Assembly (NCBI GenBank): GCA_964016885.1
Contig: OZ024741.1
Span: 302,436,001 to 302,500,000 of the forward strand
Length of the DNA stretch: 64,000 nucleotides
Source: Eledone cirrhosa
Taxonomy: Eukaryota
Reading direction: 5' to 3'
Under the pieces are notes generated by a model. The model was not told the origin of the DNA and searched no databases. It saw only the letters and a list, made by a program, of their open reading frames with translations. The position numbers and the translations under genes were made by a program. This document shows, piece by piece, positions 13,017-27,200 of this stretch. Each line of letters opens with the position of its first letter. Within the stretch, counting starts at the first letter, position 1.

Positions 13017-13624
13017 TATGTGAATACAAACGTTACTGTGGAATATTAGTTCTAATACCCAGTCATTGATGTAGCCGAAAGAATGGGGAAAGTCTAAAGC
13101 ATTATCAATTATATCAAACTGTGTGAATTTAGCCCTGGTCATAGCGGAAATGTCTGTGAACTTGGATATGATGATGAGAGGTTGGTGTTTTTTGATAATG
13201 CGTGTATTAATTTCTCTTAAAATTTTTTAATACTGTGTTACTTTGGTATAAATGGTAAGCTCAGCTTAACAGTATATTGCAGGTGTGGGTCCGAGCCCCA
13301 CAGGCAGTACTGTATTCAGGGTTTATATGCCTAACTTATAGTAAAACAATGTTGATCCTTCTTTCAAATTCTCAACGATTTTAAAAATAGATTGTTTATA
13401 TATACATTATATACACACATATGAAAGCGTGGAAAAATAGACATTAAATGATGATGTTATTACTGAGTCTATAAGAATTTTTAACTAATGAAGTAGACTT
13501 TCATAATATTGTGGAATTTTAAATAAAAAAATAAAAATCAGTATAAGATGGCTTGTTAGGTTCTGTACATCGTGTATTTCTGACCAATCAGTGATCATCC
13601 ATATTTGCCACAATCATTTAGAGC

Positions 13625-14350
13625 CTACTCTCAGACTCAGAAGCTCCCGCGTCTTGCGACGCATGAGGCAATCATAGTGTTCCATCGCGTTCGGTCAGCA
13701 GCCAGTTGCACAGCATCCCGCCATTGTCTGCTCGCAGGTCCCTCTCAACTGTCTGGCACCAGTTCATTTTGGATCGCCCTCTCCGTCTGCTCCATTTAAG
13801 TACTTGGTTCGCCAGTCTCTCCGGAGGAAGTCTCAAAGCGTGTCCAAACCAGCCCAGGCGTCGCTTGCAGATGGTAGAAGAGACTAGCTGCTGGTTGGTG
13901 CGGTTCCTGACTTCCTGGTTTGTTACATGGTCACTCCATTTAATCCCCAGGATCTTTTGCATACATCTGGAATCGAATGCATCCAACTTCTTCTCTTGGC
14001 TGGTCTTAAGGTGCCATGTTTCACTTCCGTACAAGAGTGTGGACAGCACGTTGCTGTTGTAGAATCTCATTTTTGTTTTGAGGGTGAACTTCCTGCTCTT
14101 CCAGATCTTGTCAAGCTGGTTAAATGCTGCTGAAGCTTTTCCCATTCTACATTGCAGTTCACTGTCCATGGTGCCCTCATTGTTAATGGAGCTTCCTAGG
14201 TAGGTGAAGTTGTCCACTATCTCCACCTCCCCCTGTTCAATGAAGACACTGGTTGGTGGTGGGTGTGTCCCAGATAACATGCTTTTGGTCTTCTTGGCAC
14301 TGATATTGAGATCTAAGCTTCCTGCTTTGACATTGATATTGTTCACAATG
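13625..14350 (-). mobile_element. RTE-clade LINE 3' fragment (second family, no PHD insert)
   Basis: ORF 13672-14346: KKTK...DNFTYLGS, LLYGSETW, RRLGWFGH; short TCTGAG-type tail. Confidence 0.85.
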
Positions 14351-15183
14351 ATTTGCAGGTCAATAAATAGAGATGATATTCCATTTCCAGAGTTGTTTTC
14401 TTAGCTGGGAAAATGCATGTCTGAATACTTGGTTATAAGCAAACATTTGTTGCTTACATGCATATTTGCACACTTGATTCAAATATTAACGCATTATTGA
14501 ATTAATTTATGTAAATAAGACCCAGGAGTAGACCCCGAGCAAGGTGGTTGAATAACATCCATGAGCTTGGCTGGTCTCGCTTGGTGATCCAGCAGGATCA
14601 GTTGGAGGCAGTTGCTTTTGACAGGGGCTGCTGGAAGGAATGTTTGAGGACTCTGCCCCCACAACCCTCTCAGGAATAAGTGGGAAAAGAAGAATTATTT
14701 TACCTATTTCTTTCACAAATATGAACATTTTGCTTTATATTTCATCTTTTCTTCGATAAATATATTTTGGATAAATTTATCTTTCAACAAATCTCCCTAT
14801 ACACACAAATGCAGATCAGGTATCTGCCCCTGATCAGCACTTTAACCTAAAAGCCATACATTGTTTCAGAAAGCATTGTATCCTTTCATCACTGAATATC
14901 TGACTGTTTCACTTCATATCTACATGTAATAAAATGATATGTTATGCATTTTTTTTATTAAATATATCACATGCACACAGATTTTGTATATACATTGTCC
15001 CCTTTCTTGTAAAATTTGTCTCAGGTTCATTTCAGATATTTCACAGCTTGGAATGTGATGTGATCAGCAAGTAATCATGAATTCAATTTTTACAACATGT
15101 TTTGTATTGCCTCAAGACTGAAAGATCTTTATTCTTCTGAAGAATCTCAGCTTGTCTTTGTTTAATTTATACTCAAATTTTGT

Positions 15184-15267
15184 TTACTCCTTCACAGTAT
15201 AATTTCCTTTCAGAACGTCCAAATAAGAGTCTTTGAGTTGTTTCCACATAAATCGTTGCAAATCGAT
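15184..15267 (-). CDS. GTDC1: GTDC1 terminal coding exon
   Basis: [27 protein letters not shown]; tttcag acceptor; TAA at 15186-15184. Confidence 0.85.
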   Translation of the reverse strand: MDLQRFMWKQLKDSYLDVLKGNYTVKE

Positions 15268-18200
15268 CTGAAAGTCAATATTAAAAGAGATATATTAATA
15301 GATATATAAACACACAAACACCAAAAGAAAGTTTAGCCAAAACATTGACTATTTGTTATTTAGCATATATACAACTATTTATATACACAGATATATGGAG
15401 GCACATGGCTTAGTGGTTAGAGCATTGGCCTTGCAATCGAAAGGTTGTGAGTTCAATTCTCAGACCGAGTGATGTGTTGTTTCCTTGAGCAAGACACTTT
15501 ATTTCACATTGCTCCAGTTTACTCAGCTGTAGAAATGAGATGATAGGGACTGGGGTCCCTATCATTCCACTGTAAAGTGATCATGTAGGCGCCACGGGAA
15601 AAAAGCACCCAGCACTCACTGTAAATGAGGTTGGTGTTAGGAAGGGTATCCAGCTGTAGAAATCAAGCCAGAATCAGTTCCCGTCCCACCCTTGCAAGCA
15701 GGGAAAAAGTGGACGTAAAATGATGATGATGATGAGGTAAGGGGGCAAAAGTCAGGATATTAATTACTTTTGTTATTTTTTTAATTGGTAATTTATTCTA
15801 ATAATTAGAATATATACAAAAATCAAGACATGACCAATGCTAAGTGTCTAAAACTAAGTTTAGCTGAGACAACAACCATTTGTTTTTTGGTTGTATACAA
15901 ATACTACTGCTGATGTTATAACTACTATTGCTGCCTCAATGTGCTTGCTTGACCTACAAGAAATAATAGCAAAAACTCTGTCTTATAAATTGAAAGACAC
16001 AGTAGACAATGTAATCCGAGGGATTATCACAACTGGAACACCTTTGATTATAGGTCCGATGGATCAGGGTTGACCTGGGCATAAACAATATCTCAAATAC
16101 ATGGAAGTATGCAATGATGCCAAACTGTTGCTGTTATTAATCCTCTAATAATCCATCAGATGAAATACATTGCAGTATTTATACTGGCCCTTTACTTTCT
16201 GAGTTTAAATCCCACCAAGGTCAACTGGGTTCAATAAAATATAGTATCACCGAAGTAGTAATGTCATTATAATCGACTTTCCCTCACCCAAAATTGCTGG
16301 CCTTGTGTCTGAATTAGAAACCATTATCAATGTTATTTCTAAGCTCAAAGCCAGCCTTGATCAAGCAGACTTGTGAACAAAGGTATTCTAGTTGTGATTA
16401 ATTCCATGCATCTTTTTTTCAGACACAGTGTATCTAATACTACATTATCAAATGTGTCTATTTTTTTAGAATGGTATGATGAGATTTTAGGCATGTTTGG
16501 CTGCTATTTCTAGAAGGTCTGGTAACCACATTTTGTTGGACACTTGATTACTGTTATCTGCTCTTGATGAATTAAACTTATTCAATGGGATAGATAGATT
16601 ATAAACTTCTTTCAATCAAATTTGGGTGACAGATTTAATCCGATTCAATTTAACACTGCCACCTGTCTTTGGGTGCCTTTAGCAGAGTTCATTATGTTGC
16701 AAGTATTTAAGCTAGGTTTCTAAATTGATAAGAAATTCCTCCCAACAGTCCCTGAAAAAATAAAGTCATGGATACTGCCCTTCCCTCCCTGACTAAGCAG
16801 TAAAAAGAAATGCAACTAAAAACAGCATATAAAATAATCACATGTTATAAAACAATCTACTATATAAATGGCAATTTCTGTCTGTCTGTGTATAACCAGT
16901 TGGTGCCTACACCAGTGATCCGATCCTGATGAAACTTTACACATGTTAAGCTAATATTCAGAAACAGGACTGGCTAATGGGATTTCAATAAAAATCAATA
17001 ATGGAACCCCTGGGGACATCTTTACAATGGAGGAGGAAAGAAGACTTTTCAGTGAGAGAGGGGGAAGAGGAGATACTACTACTGTATGTTAAACCCTCAC
17101 TCCTACTACTCCCCTTCCTCCTCCCACAACTCAGTCCTCCAAAACGAGGCAACAACTTATTAGAAATATACAAAGAAATTTCAAACAAAGCAGGCAACAA
17201 TCTAATTCTGGTTGACGACTGAACAGATGTCTCTCTCTATATATATATATCACATCCACTGATATGGATTCTGAACCCGTGCACACGCTTAGGTCACATT
17301 AGGGTCAACTGCAGGAATTTGTGATAAGTTACAAAAAAGTGTGATGATCAATGACCTGGAAGTTGCCTTAGCATCAGATTAGTCTGAAGAATAAAACCCA
17401 AATCGTATGTTGAATATTTATACTCCCAGCATGTTAATTGTAACATGCCGTCTTTGAGAGTAGAGTTTATTTTGTCGATATTTCGAGATGTCGGATCGTG
17501 GGAAGATTAACACGAATTAAAAAGATGTAACTTCTCCCCCATTATTGACACTTTGCAACAGTGAATGTGACAAGGCTCTCTTTAGGGCCAACACTTCTGA
17601 TTGTTTATCCGACTTATTATGGTGTGTTTTCTCAGGTTATGTCTACTATAGGGGGAAAACAGGATGGTTTTATTGAATTGCTTCAGTCATTCGAAGGGCT
17701 TTACAAACGGTGATATACAGAGTGCTTGAACAGTACCTGAATATGTTCACTCTGTTATAATTTCTTCAATAATTGCAATGACTTCCTCAATTGTTTTGTG
17801 TTTGTTCTTGAGCGCTAAGGCAGTAAGTTTGCTATTCTTATACATAAGTTTGTTGAATAAGTTTGATACTCATCGAACTCAAACTTTCCCGGCTTATTCA
17901 CTCTGAATGAAGAAAGCTGGATTTGCTATTGAAAATCCAGTCTGGGCACCCAGGGTCACTATGGGAACTATGAATAACCCCACCTTTCCCGGGTATTACC
18001 GGGTACTGCAGCTAGTTATGAATAAACTCCTAACGTCCTGTACCCCATCAAACCACATTAGCAAGACATTTTGGGAAAGTACAATACAGCATGGTAATTA
18101 TCTGTCCACTAGTAAAGATACTATAAACATTTGAAATAAACCCATTTTAGATATTTTTAGCTAAATCATTACAGGATGTTGAAAGCCTTGACAACAATGA

Positions 18201-21200
18201 AAATTAAATTTCATAAAATATTTACCTTCTCTGGAAGTTTTTTACTCAAATGTGGAAATTTACAAAATCTTTTCAATTTTTTAAACAACTGATGTTCTGT
18301 GTTATAAAGATAGCATGCTAAAAGTAGACAAATGTTAGAGAAATAATTTAAATGTGCAACAATTTAGAAAAATAAACAAGTATATAAAATATTCCTTTAG
18401 TTAACTTTTAATCTCCTGTAACACATGAAACAACATTAGTAGGACATTAAACAATACAAAACAGCACTATGACTATCATCATCATCATCATCATCATCAT
18501 GTCTGCTTTCCTTGCTAGCAAGGGTTGGGACAGGTCCATATAGATCAAGTCAGTACAAAAGCAGAGCCAGTGATCTCCCAGACAGGCCAGGGACCTGTGT
18601 CTTGTTTATGTGTGGTCTCACATTCCATCAAGTGCTCAGGAGAGGTTGTCATGCCTTTAACACAACTGAGGGTCCTCCCAACCCTTTGTTTGGCAAGATT
18701 TCTATGGCTGGATGCCCTTCCTATCACCAACCATTTTACAGTGTATACTGGGTGCATTTATTGTGTAAATCACCAACACTAGGGAGGCTGTCATGTTAAA
18801 ATTTTTTACTCTAAAAGCTATATTTTCATGATCTCTCCACCAGTAAAGATACTCTAAACATTTGAATTAGCAAACCTATTTTTGATATATTCTATTACAC
18901 TACAGGATATTAAGAGTTAATTTTGATTTTATATTTCGATTCTGTAATTTTGTACACATAAATGTATACACACATCCATGGCGGCTATGGGGTTGGAAAT
19001 AGAAATGAGGAGGGCTTCAGAATCCTGGAATTCTGTGACGCAAATAGCCTAACTATCTGTAACACAAACTTCAAAAAACGTGAAAACCACTTGATCACCT
19101 ATAGATAGATTATATCCTTACTAGAAGATGGGACAAAATGTCTGTTGTAAACACTAAATCCCTCCCCCGTGAAGAATGCACCTCCCAACATAGCCTAGTA
19201 GTTAGTGACCTCATAGTCAGGAATAGACGTACTCAACAACAGAGGCGGCCTACCTTGAGGAGAAGAATATGGAAGTTGAAGGACCCCATAGCCAGTGACA
19301 AATTTAAAAGCTTATTACTTGATGCCTTTGACAATAAGGAAGAGCAATTAGAGACGTGCAATATAGAGGAACAGTGGCAATTCTTGAAAGTGAACCTGCT
19401 GAAAGCAACGGATGAAATCTGTGGCTGGAGCAGACCTATTGGCAGGAGGAGAGTAACTTGGTGGTGGAAGAGACAATCAAGGTCAAAAAGCAGGCTTGGA
19501 AAGTATGGCAGGATGGGGGAAGGAGAGAGCACTATCAAGTGGCCAGGAGAGAAGCTAGGAGACAAGTGTACCTTGCAAAAAGGGTAGCAGAGGATGGAAA
19601 GTTCAAGCATGTTCTACAACGTGAGGACCAAAAACGTGAGGTGTTCAGGATTGCTAGACAATGTGTCAAGGAAAACTGTGATATTGTCGGGGAGAAGTGT
19701 GTCCGTAATGATAATGGTGTACTTGCACTCACTGATAAGAAGATAGCCTGGAAGTGTCACTACGAGAGACTATTAAATGAGGAGAATAAGTGGGAAAAAG
19801 ATAGTCTGCCCCAAATCGATCCAATAGACGGACCAGCGGTGCAAGTTAAAGGTAGTATAATAAGTAAGGCAATCAAAGATATGAAGACAGGCAAAGCAGC
19901 TGGGCCTTCGGAGATAGTTGCTGAGATGTTGAAGGCATCTGGTATGGTGGGACATACTATGGTCACCCGTATAGTTAACCAAGTAATACAGAATGGGGTT
20001 ATACCGAAAGACTGGCGTAGCAGCATCATCATTAACTGCTACAAGGGTAAAGGGGATGCTCTAGATAGGGGAAACTATAGAGGCATTAAGTTAGTTGACC
20101 AGGTCATGAAGGTCACAGAAAGAGTTATAGCGCAACTAATCAGAGAGCGAATTGATCTAGATGAAATGCAGTTTGGGTTTGTGTCAGGTAAAAGTACCAC
20201 AGATGCTCTTTTCCTTGTACGACAACTACAAGAGAAGTACCTAGCTAAAAGTAAACCCATCTACTTAACTTTTGTAGACCTGGAGTAAGCTTTTGACAGA
20301 GTCCCCCGCTCCATTATCTGGTGGGCTCTTAGAAAACTAGGTGTAGATGAATGGCTTGTGAGAGCTATACGAGCTATGTATAATGAAACAGTCAGTAAGG
20401 TTAGAATTAACAATGAATATTGTGAAGAATTTAGTGTAAAAGTTGGCGTTCATCAAGGCTCTGTCCTTAGCCCCCTCATATTTATTATTGCCCTTCAGGC
20501 TATAACAGAGGAGTTCAAGACCGGCTGCCCATGGGAACTCCTATACGCAGATGATCTAACGCTCAGCTCATAGCTGAATCAATGGCTGAGCTAGAGAAGA
20601 AATTCGAAACATGGAAGCATGGCCTAGAATCAAAAGGCTTTAAAGTTAACTTGTCTAAGACTAAAGTTCTAGTTTGTAGAAAGGAAAATAGGGCACAGAT
20701 ACCCTCAGGGAAATGGCCATGCTCAGTGTGTAGGAAAGGAGTAGGCAGAAATTCCATTTTATGTCCCAAATGCAAAGTATGGGTACATAAAAGATGTAGT
20801 GGTATCACAGGTAAGCTATCTAAGAACGTAGATTTTATATGTGGCCAATGCTCAGGTGCAATAAGTAGCAAGTGTCCAAAGGATACTAGCTCCTTCTATT
20901 GCCCAGATGGTTCTATAGAAATAGTAGACACTTTCCGTTACCTGGGTGACGAAATCAGCAGTGGTGGAGGGTGTTCTGAAAGTACAGTAGCCAGAGTCAG
21001 AACGGGATGGAAAAAGTTCAGAGAGCTTATACCGCTGTTGGCTAAAAATGAAAGGCAGATTGTATGATGCCTGTATATGAACAGCAATGCTACATGGCAG
21101 TGAGACATGGGCATTACGTGCAGAGGACCTGCGTAGACTGGAAAGGAACGAAGCATGCATGCTCCATTGGATGTGTAATAGTAATATACATGAACGGCAA

Positions 21201-24200
21201 AGCATAAATGAACTAAGTGAGAAATTAGGAATAAGAGGGATCAGATGCTGTTTACTTGAGAGAAGACTATGTTGGTATGGTCACGTGATGCGCATGAAAG
21301 ACGACAGCTACATAAAAAAGTGCAGGGCGATCAAAATTGATGGTAGTTATGGAGTAGGTAGACCCAGAAAAACCTGGGATGATCTGATAAATTCCGACCT
21401 CACACACTTACATCTCTCTAAGACAATGTCTCTGGACCGAGATCTTTGGCGCTACGCAGTAATACAGAAGACCCACCTTGCCTATGTACAAAGCGAAACC
21501 TACAGTCAGTAGGCACCTCTTAACCAAATATACACCCCAATCCACTACCCCTACCCTATCTTCCCACTCCCACCAACAGCACGAGATAATGAGATCGAGA
21601 TCGTGTAGGTATCACGACAAAAAACACACACAGTCCACGCTGTAATGTGGCTGTGTAGGTAACACGGTAAAAAGTTCCCAGTTCCACACTGTAAATGTGG
21701 TTGGTGTTAGGAAGGGCATCCAGACGTAGAAAACCTGCCAGATAGTCCTATATGAGCGAGACACGGTCACCTGACCAGCCTTGCCTCAAGTGGGACAACT
21801 CCCGTCTAACCTATGCTAGCATGGAAAATGGACGTTAAACAAAGATGATGATGATGACACACATACACTCACACACAAGCATACACATCCATGCACACAC
21901 ACAAACATACACACATCCAATTAAACCTGCTGTTAAGAACAGATGTTGCTAGTGTCAATAGAGAAATAAAAGTACCCAATGAAAAAAAAAAAAAAAATCA
22001 ATTATAGAGTTTATGTAATAATTGATTTGATAAAAGTGACTGACAAAATAACAATTTTGTTTTCCTTGAAGGCTGTTCAGAAAATTAGAGTAATGATGAG
22101 ATTAATCCTTTCATGACTGTATTTCTAATGAAATACATTCTATTTTAATTAATTAATGAAGATTTTGAGAGATTTACTAAAATTATTAATTTAATACAAT
22201 TATGTTGGAAGATTTTTATTTAAATTGGAAACCTTTAAAATGGGTGGTTTTATTTCATAGAACTAGAGCCGGTTTTGGTGGGGCTGGTCACTAAAGGATT
22301 AACAATATGTGAAGAGTGAAGACAGATACATAATCATAGAAACTAAACAAAAACAAACTGCATACTTTCAAGGTTAAACATGACTGAGAAGGGAATGATA
22401 ATTAAGAGTTGAAAAAGGACAGAGATTAATTTGAGTGTGAAGTGGAGAAACAGGTATAGGATGATTGAGGAGGAAGAGAGATAGCTACATGCTGATTGTT
22501 TGTACTCTCGGGTCCCAAATAATAGAGGTGGATGGAAAATCGGTAATTTTTCTAGGTTGTCTCCATTGATTTAAAAAAAAAAAATACAATTGGTCGTTTA
22601 GTTTACATATTGAGACCTCAACCCATCCTATTTATTTTGTAACATATGGGATTTCTAGTAATGTATTTTTTTTGTCATGTATAATGTTTTTTAATGCCTA
22701 AAGAAAATTGTTGCAGGAATGCTTCCACTTAAAATAAAATTTCACCGGAGATAGATAAGCCAAATTGAATAAATGCGGGGGTGGAAAAAATCTGAAAAAC
22801 TAATAGGCCATCGGGTGGGGTGAGGGGGAATTATTTGAGACCCAAGAGTAATGGGTGGGATGTTGAGTAGAAAGTAAAAAGTTGTTTTGGGTTGTTTTTT
22901 TTCATGAATGAACTATGTTATAACGATATGAATTTGGAAATGTTGATTTTGTTCTAATGATAAACTTCATCTTCATTGTTTTGACCTCAACTTTTCTGTG
23001 CTGACATGAGTTGGGTGGGACATTTTGAGGCAATGTTTTACAGCTAGATGCCCTTCCTGACACCAGTGACCAGGTTGACATTAATTGATATCGTGACCAA
23101 CTCTCAAGTGTACCAACCTGTCATTTTAACTCTCACACATCATAATTATCATCATGCTCATAATCATTTTCATGATTTTACATTAAATATATATTTGCAC
23201 ATGATCACAATTTTGGAAAATCATCATCATTACTGTTTATTTTTTATGTTTGCATGGGTTGGATAGGTTGTCATGTTTTATGTCGAGCTCATATGTTCCA
23301 TTTTTGGCATGGTTTCTATGGCTGGATGGCCTTCTTAATGCCACAGAGGAGTATAATCTTTTGAGTCAAACTCAGTATAAGACTGGTACTTATTTTATAA
23401 ACCCTGGCAGGATAAAAAGAAAATGGGATCTCAGCAAGATTTAAAGAAGAGCATAAGTCAAAACTAAATAACTGAGTGATGTTTTGAGATCTTTATCCAA
23501 TAATATAATATATCAGTTGCATATCCAGTTTAGAATAGATATACTATATCCCTGCATATCATAAAAAGCAACTAAAAAGGTTGGTGTTAAGAAGGGCATC
23601 CACAAAATGTTGTGTCTCACCCATGCCAATATAGAAAAGTTAATGTAAAAACGATGTTTATTATCAGAATAAAATCAACTAATAGCAATGAGACACAATT
23701 ATAAATGTTGGTTACAGTTTGGCATTATACATGGAGGAAATATCCAAGAAATTATATTATTTTGTTATAAGACAATACAACAATAAGATACTTGCCAGGA
23801 AATATTTCAGGATAAACTAGTTTATTTGGACAGAGAGGATAACAGCCACAGTAAACAGCTTCAAGCCTGGAAATACATTTGAATATGATATTAACCCTTT
23901 TGATACCAAACTGCTTGAAACTGCTCTTGGATCTATGATGCAAAGCTGCTTGTTTCAGTCCTTTTGATACTAGCCTACCTGAAACCACCCTTGGTTTCAT
24001 GATACACAACTGCACATTTTAAATTGTTCATACGTATATTAAAACATTCCATCATAATTTTATTTAAAAGATTATTGTTAAGTAATGATTCAAACATCAA
24101 CCTATTAAATGAAAAGGTTAGTTATTTCATTAGATTCTTCAAATTTTCAAAATGAATAGACAGTGTATTTCAACCTCCCTTAATAATTTTATGTATGAAT

Positions 24201-27200
24201 CTTTATGTTCCAAACATAGCTTAACAATGAGAAAGTTGTCTATTTTACTAAATCACTCCATTTTCTTTATTTTCAAAATTAATTAAAAATAAACATGGAA
24301 CATGAAAAATGATTGAAAATTATAGGCAATGTTTTTCATTAGAAATATGATATGGGAATGAAATTGGTTAAGTGAAGATTAACTACCTTTGGGATGTAAG
24401 AGCATTTCTGAGAGTTTTGTCTTCATATACATCCATATTTCAAATTAGCCAGTAGTACTAGTAATAGTAGTAGTAATAACAGTAGTTGTAATGTTGTTAT
24501 TGTTTTACCCTGACTTAGCATAAATAGAGTCAACCTATGATTAGTTGTTCAAAACATTATCATCCCATCTTTGTTTAACCCTTTTATCATTTTATTTCAG
24601 GCAATAGTAACTTAATATATGTTTCTTATATAAAATTATGTTGGAAGATTTTAATTTAAATAGAAACCTTTTAAAATGGGTGGTTTTATATCCTAAAGCA
24701 AGAGCCAGATTTGGACAGGTTGATATGAAAAGGATGTAGATATAATGTATTCAGGGCTATATTATCCTGAATTTATGTGTCTGCCATTGGTCTTCTTTCT
24801 TTTTTTTAAGATAAGATTTGTCTGCTATTTCAAGCTGGTCAACCATATAATAATGGTTTCTAATTTAGGCATAAAGCCAGAAATTTAGAGACAGGGGTCA
24901 GTTGATTATACTGACACCAGGACTTGACTGATACTTTATTTTATCGACCCTGGAAGAATGAAAGGCAAAGTTGACATCAGCAAGATTTAAACTCAGAGCG
25001 TAAAGAACCAGAAAAAAATATTGTTCAACATTTGTTTGATGCTCTAACAATAATGCCAAACCTCTGCCCTTGTCAACTATGTGATAACAACATTGATGGT
25101 GATGATGGATAACTTACACTGATACTCCAAAAAATTGATACTTACATTGATACTCCAAAAAATTCATGTTTTGCAGTAGAGACAACAACATCTGCTGTTT
25201 TTAGAATCTCATAGTAATCTTTCTTGTCTTCAACAAATCCCCAAGTTTTGAGATGGATTTTTAGTTTTTCTTTTGATTTTATAAATACATCTGAAATTTA
25301 CAAAAAGAAAAATTTTACTAAATGTTTAGGGCTTGTTAAAGTAAAATGTATTAATTCAATGTTGAAAGTATGTTAGCCTAAAGAACAAGATTAAAAAAGA
25401 CAAACACAGATGAATTAACTCTTTAGCATTTAAACTGGCCATATCCGGCCAGAATTCTCTCCTCTTTCTGTTCAAACCGGCTGTAACCAGCTGTTCATAC
25501 TGATGTTAAGGTATGGTTCTCAAAATAAATAATATCAAAATCTCAGATTCGATATTATATGAGGTAAAGCCTTTACTGTGAAAATATAATAGTAAATATA
25601 GAGTAATGTGAATGCTAAAGGGTTAAACAAAGTCTTCTTAGTTTCACACTTGTGGGAAAAGGAAAGAAATATCTCATGTTGGATGTTAGTCTTTCCTGAT
25701 GAAAGAGTAAACTTAGGAGAGAAAAGTTTATTAGGTGTAGTGAGGTGGACAGACAAGTATAGCTTTAAGTAGTCCAGAATGTGTGTGTGTGCAGAGGTAG
25801 TGGTAGAGGATCCAAGTATATCATTAGTTCTAGTATGTGGTGCTTATAGTAAGCTGTTACAATGCAGGTTTAACTATAAAATAGTCAAACAAGTTGGGTA
25901 TATAAACCTGTCTAGTATACAGCAGATGCAGGTTCATTTCCTGCAGGCAATTTTGTTCCCTTTTTTTCATGTTTAGGGGTTTATATGCTCAAATTTAATG
26001 TCAGGTCATTGGCAACTAAACTGGCAACACCACCAAGCTTGCTTGGTGAAAAGGGTGATTTTTTAACACCTTGTGGGATGAAAAACAAAACCTGTCAAAG
26101 GGTGAAAGAACTCAGGAGAGTCAATGCTCATCCAATAGTGTGTAAGAAAAACAGGTAGATAGAGCTTGATAGCCTTGGTTGGCAGTCTGTCTAGAAGGAT
26201 CACCCTGATTTCAAAACTGGAGTAGATGGGATTACTTAGTCACCTTGGTGATAACCTTTTAAGTGGCCAATGGCTTCATCCTTGTGATGAAGGTGGATAA
26301 GCTGTAGCTCTGTAGCCAGCTTCTGAGTAATGGTCAGTTGAGGATTTGTGACCCACCAACATTACTTTTTTCCCCAATAAGAATTATGGACATAAATCAT
26401 CATATAGCATTGGTGCTATTTATTGTCCATAGTCCTCAAAACTCCAGCAATGAGGATGGTAAGAAACCAATGCTCAACTTGTTTGCCTATTTTATAGTCA
26501 AACCTGTATTGCAGAAACTTACTAAAAGCTAACATAATTTCAAAATTTAAATTTGCTCAATGCCTCATAAAACGAATGTGTCTTTGTTTATATTGGATAT
26601 TGTTTTTGTTTCATCCCCTCTTTATTCACCATTTCTTTCACTTATACATAAACAAATATATGCTGTTTAGCCCTAGATCAGTTCTGATTAAATAGACCTA
26701 TGATCAGAGATATAGCAGTTGTGGTCTTTCCATCTTTTAAAGAGTAATCTAGGATTACGTTATCCAATGCACTCTTTAATTATTTAATAGAGTAGTATAT
26801 GATTTCAGTGAGATTTGCCTGCTAATTGTAGAAACTTGAACAACCACAAAAGGCTCTTGTGTTGGCTTATAATACAAAATTTATATTGGTTAATAATGTT
26901 AAGTAACAGCAAACTATCATTCTGACCTCATCAGACAGAGAAATCTGATACTGACCAAGGAATGTGTCAATATCTAAAAGGTAACTACCATATTGTGAAG
27001 CCTTTCATTACCATATTTCTAATGAAACACACTGCTAGTTCTCAACTACTTTTGAAAATAACCAAGAATTTGAAGGGAGTAATATAACTAACCTTCTCAT
27101 TATTAAGCAGGTGTTTGGAACATAAAGGTTATTACATAAAATTACAAGCTCAGATCAACTAAATAATGCAAGAGCATTTTGTCCATCCTGTCAGTTATGT

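Noticed and set aside
16920-16945. Other CTGANGA hits (16926, 17384, 25696, 26929-, 28723, 40070-, 46879-)
   Set aside because: No correctly placed GAAA, NUH and stem I partner, so not called hammerheads; no convincing C/D snoRNA box pair either
18976-21857. Active or domesticated reverse transcriptase gene
   Set aside because: Multiple frameshifts, a premature stop and 5' truncation
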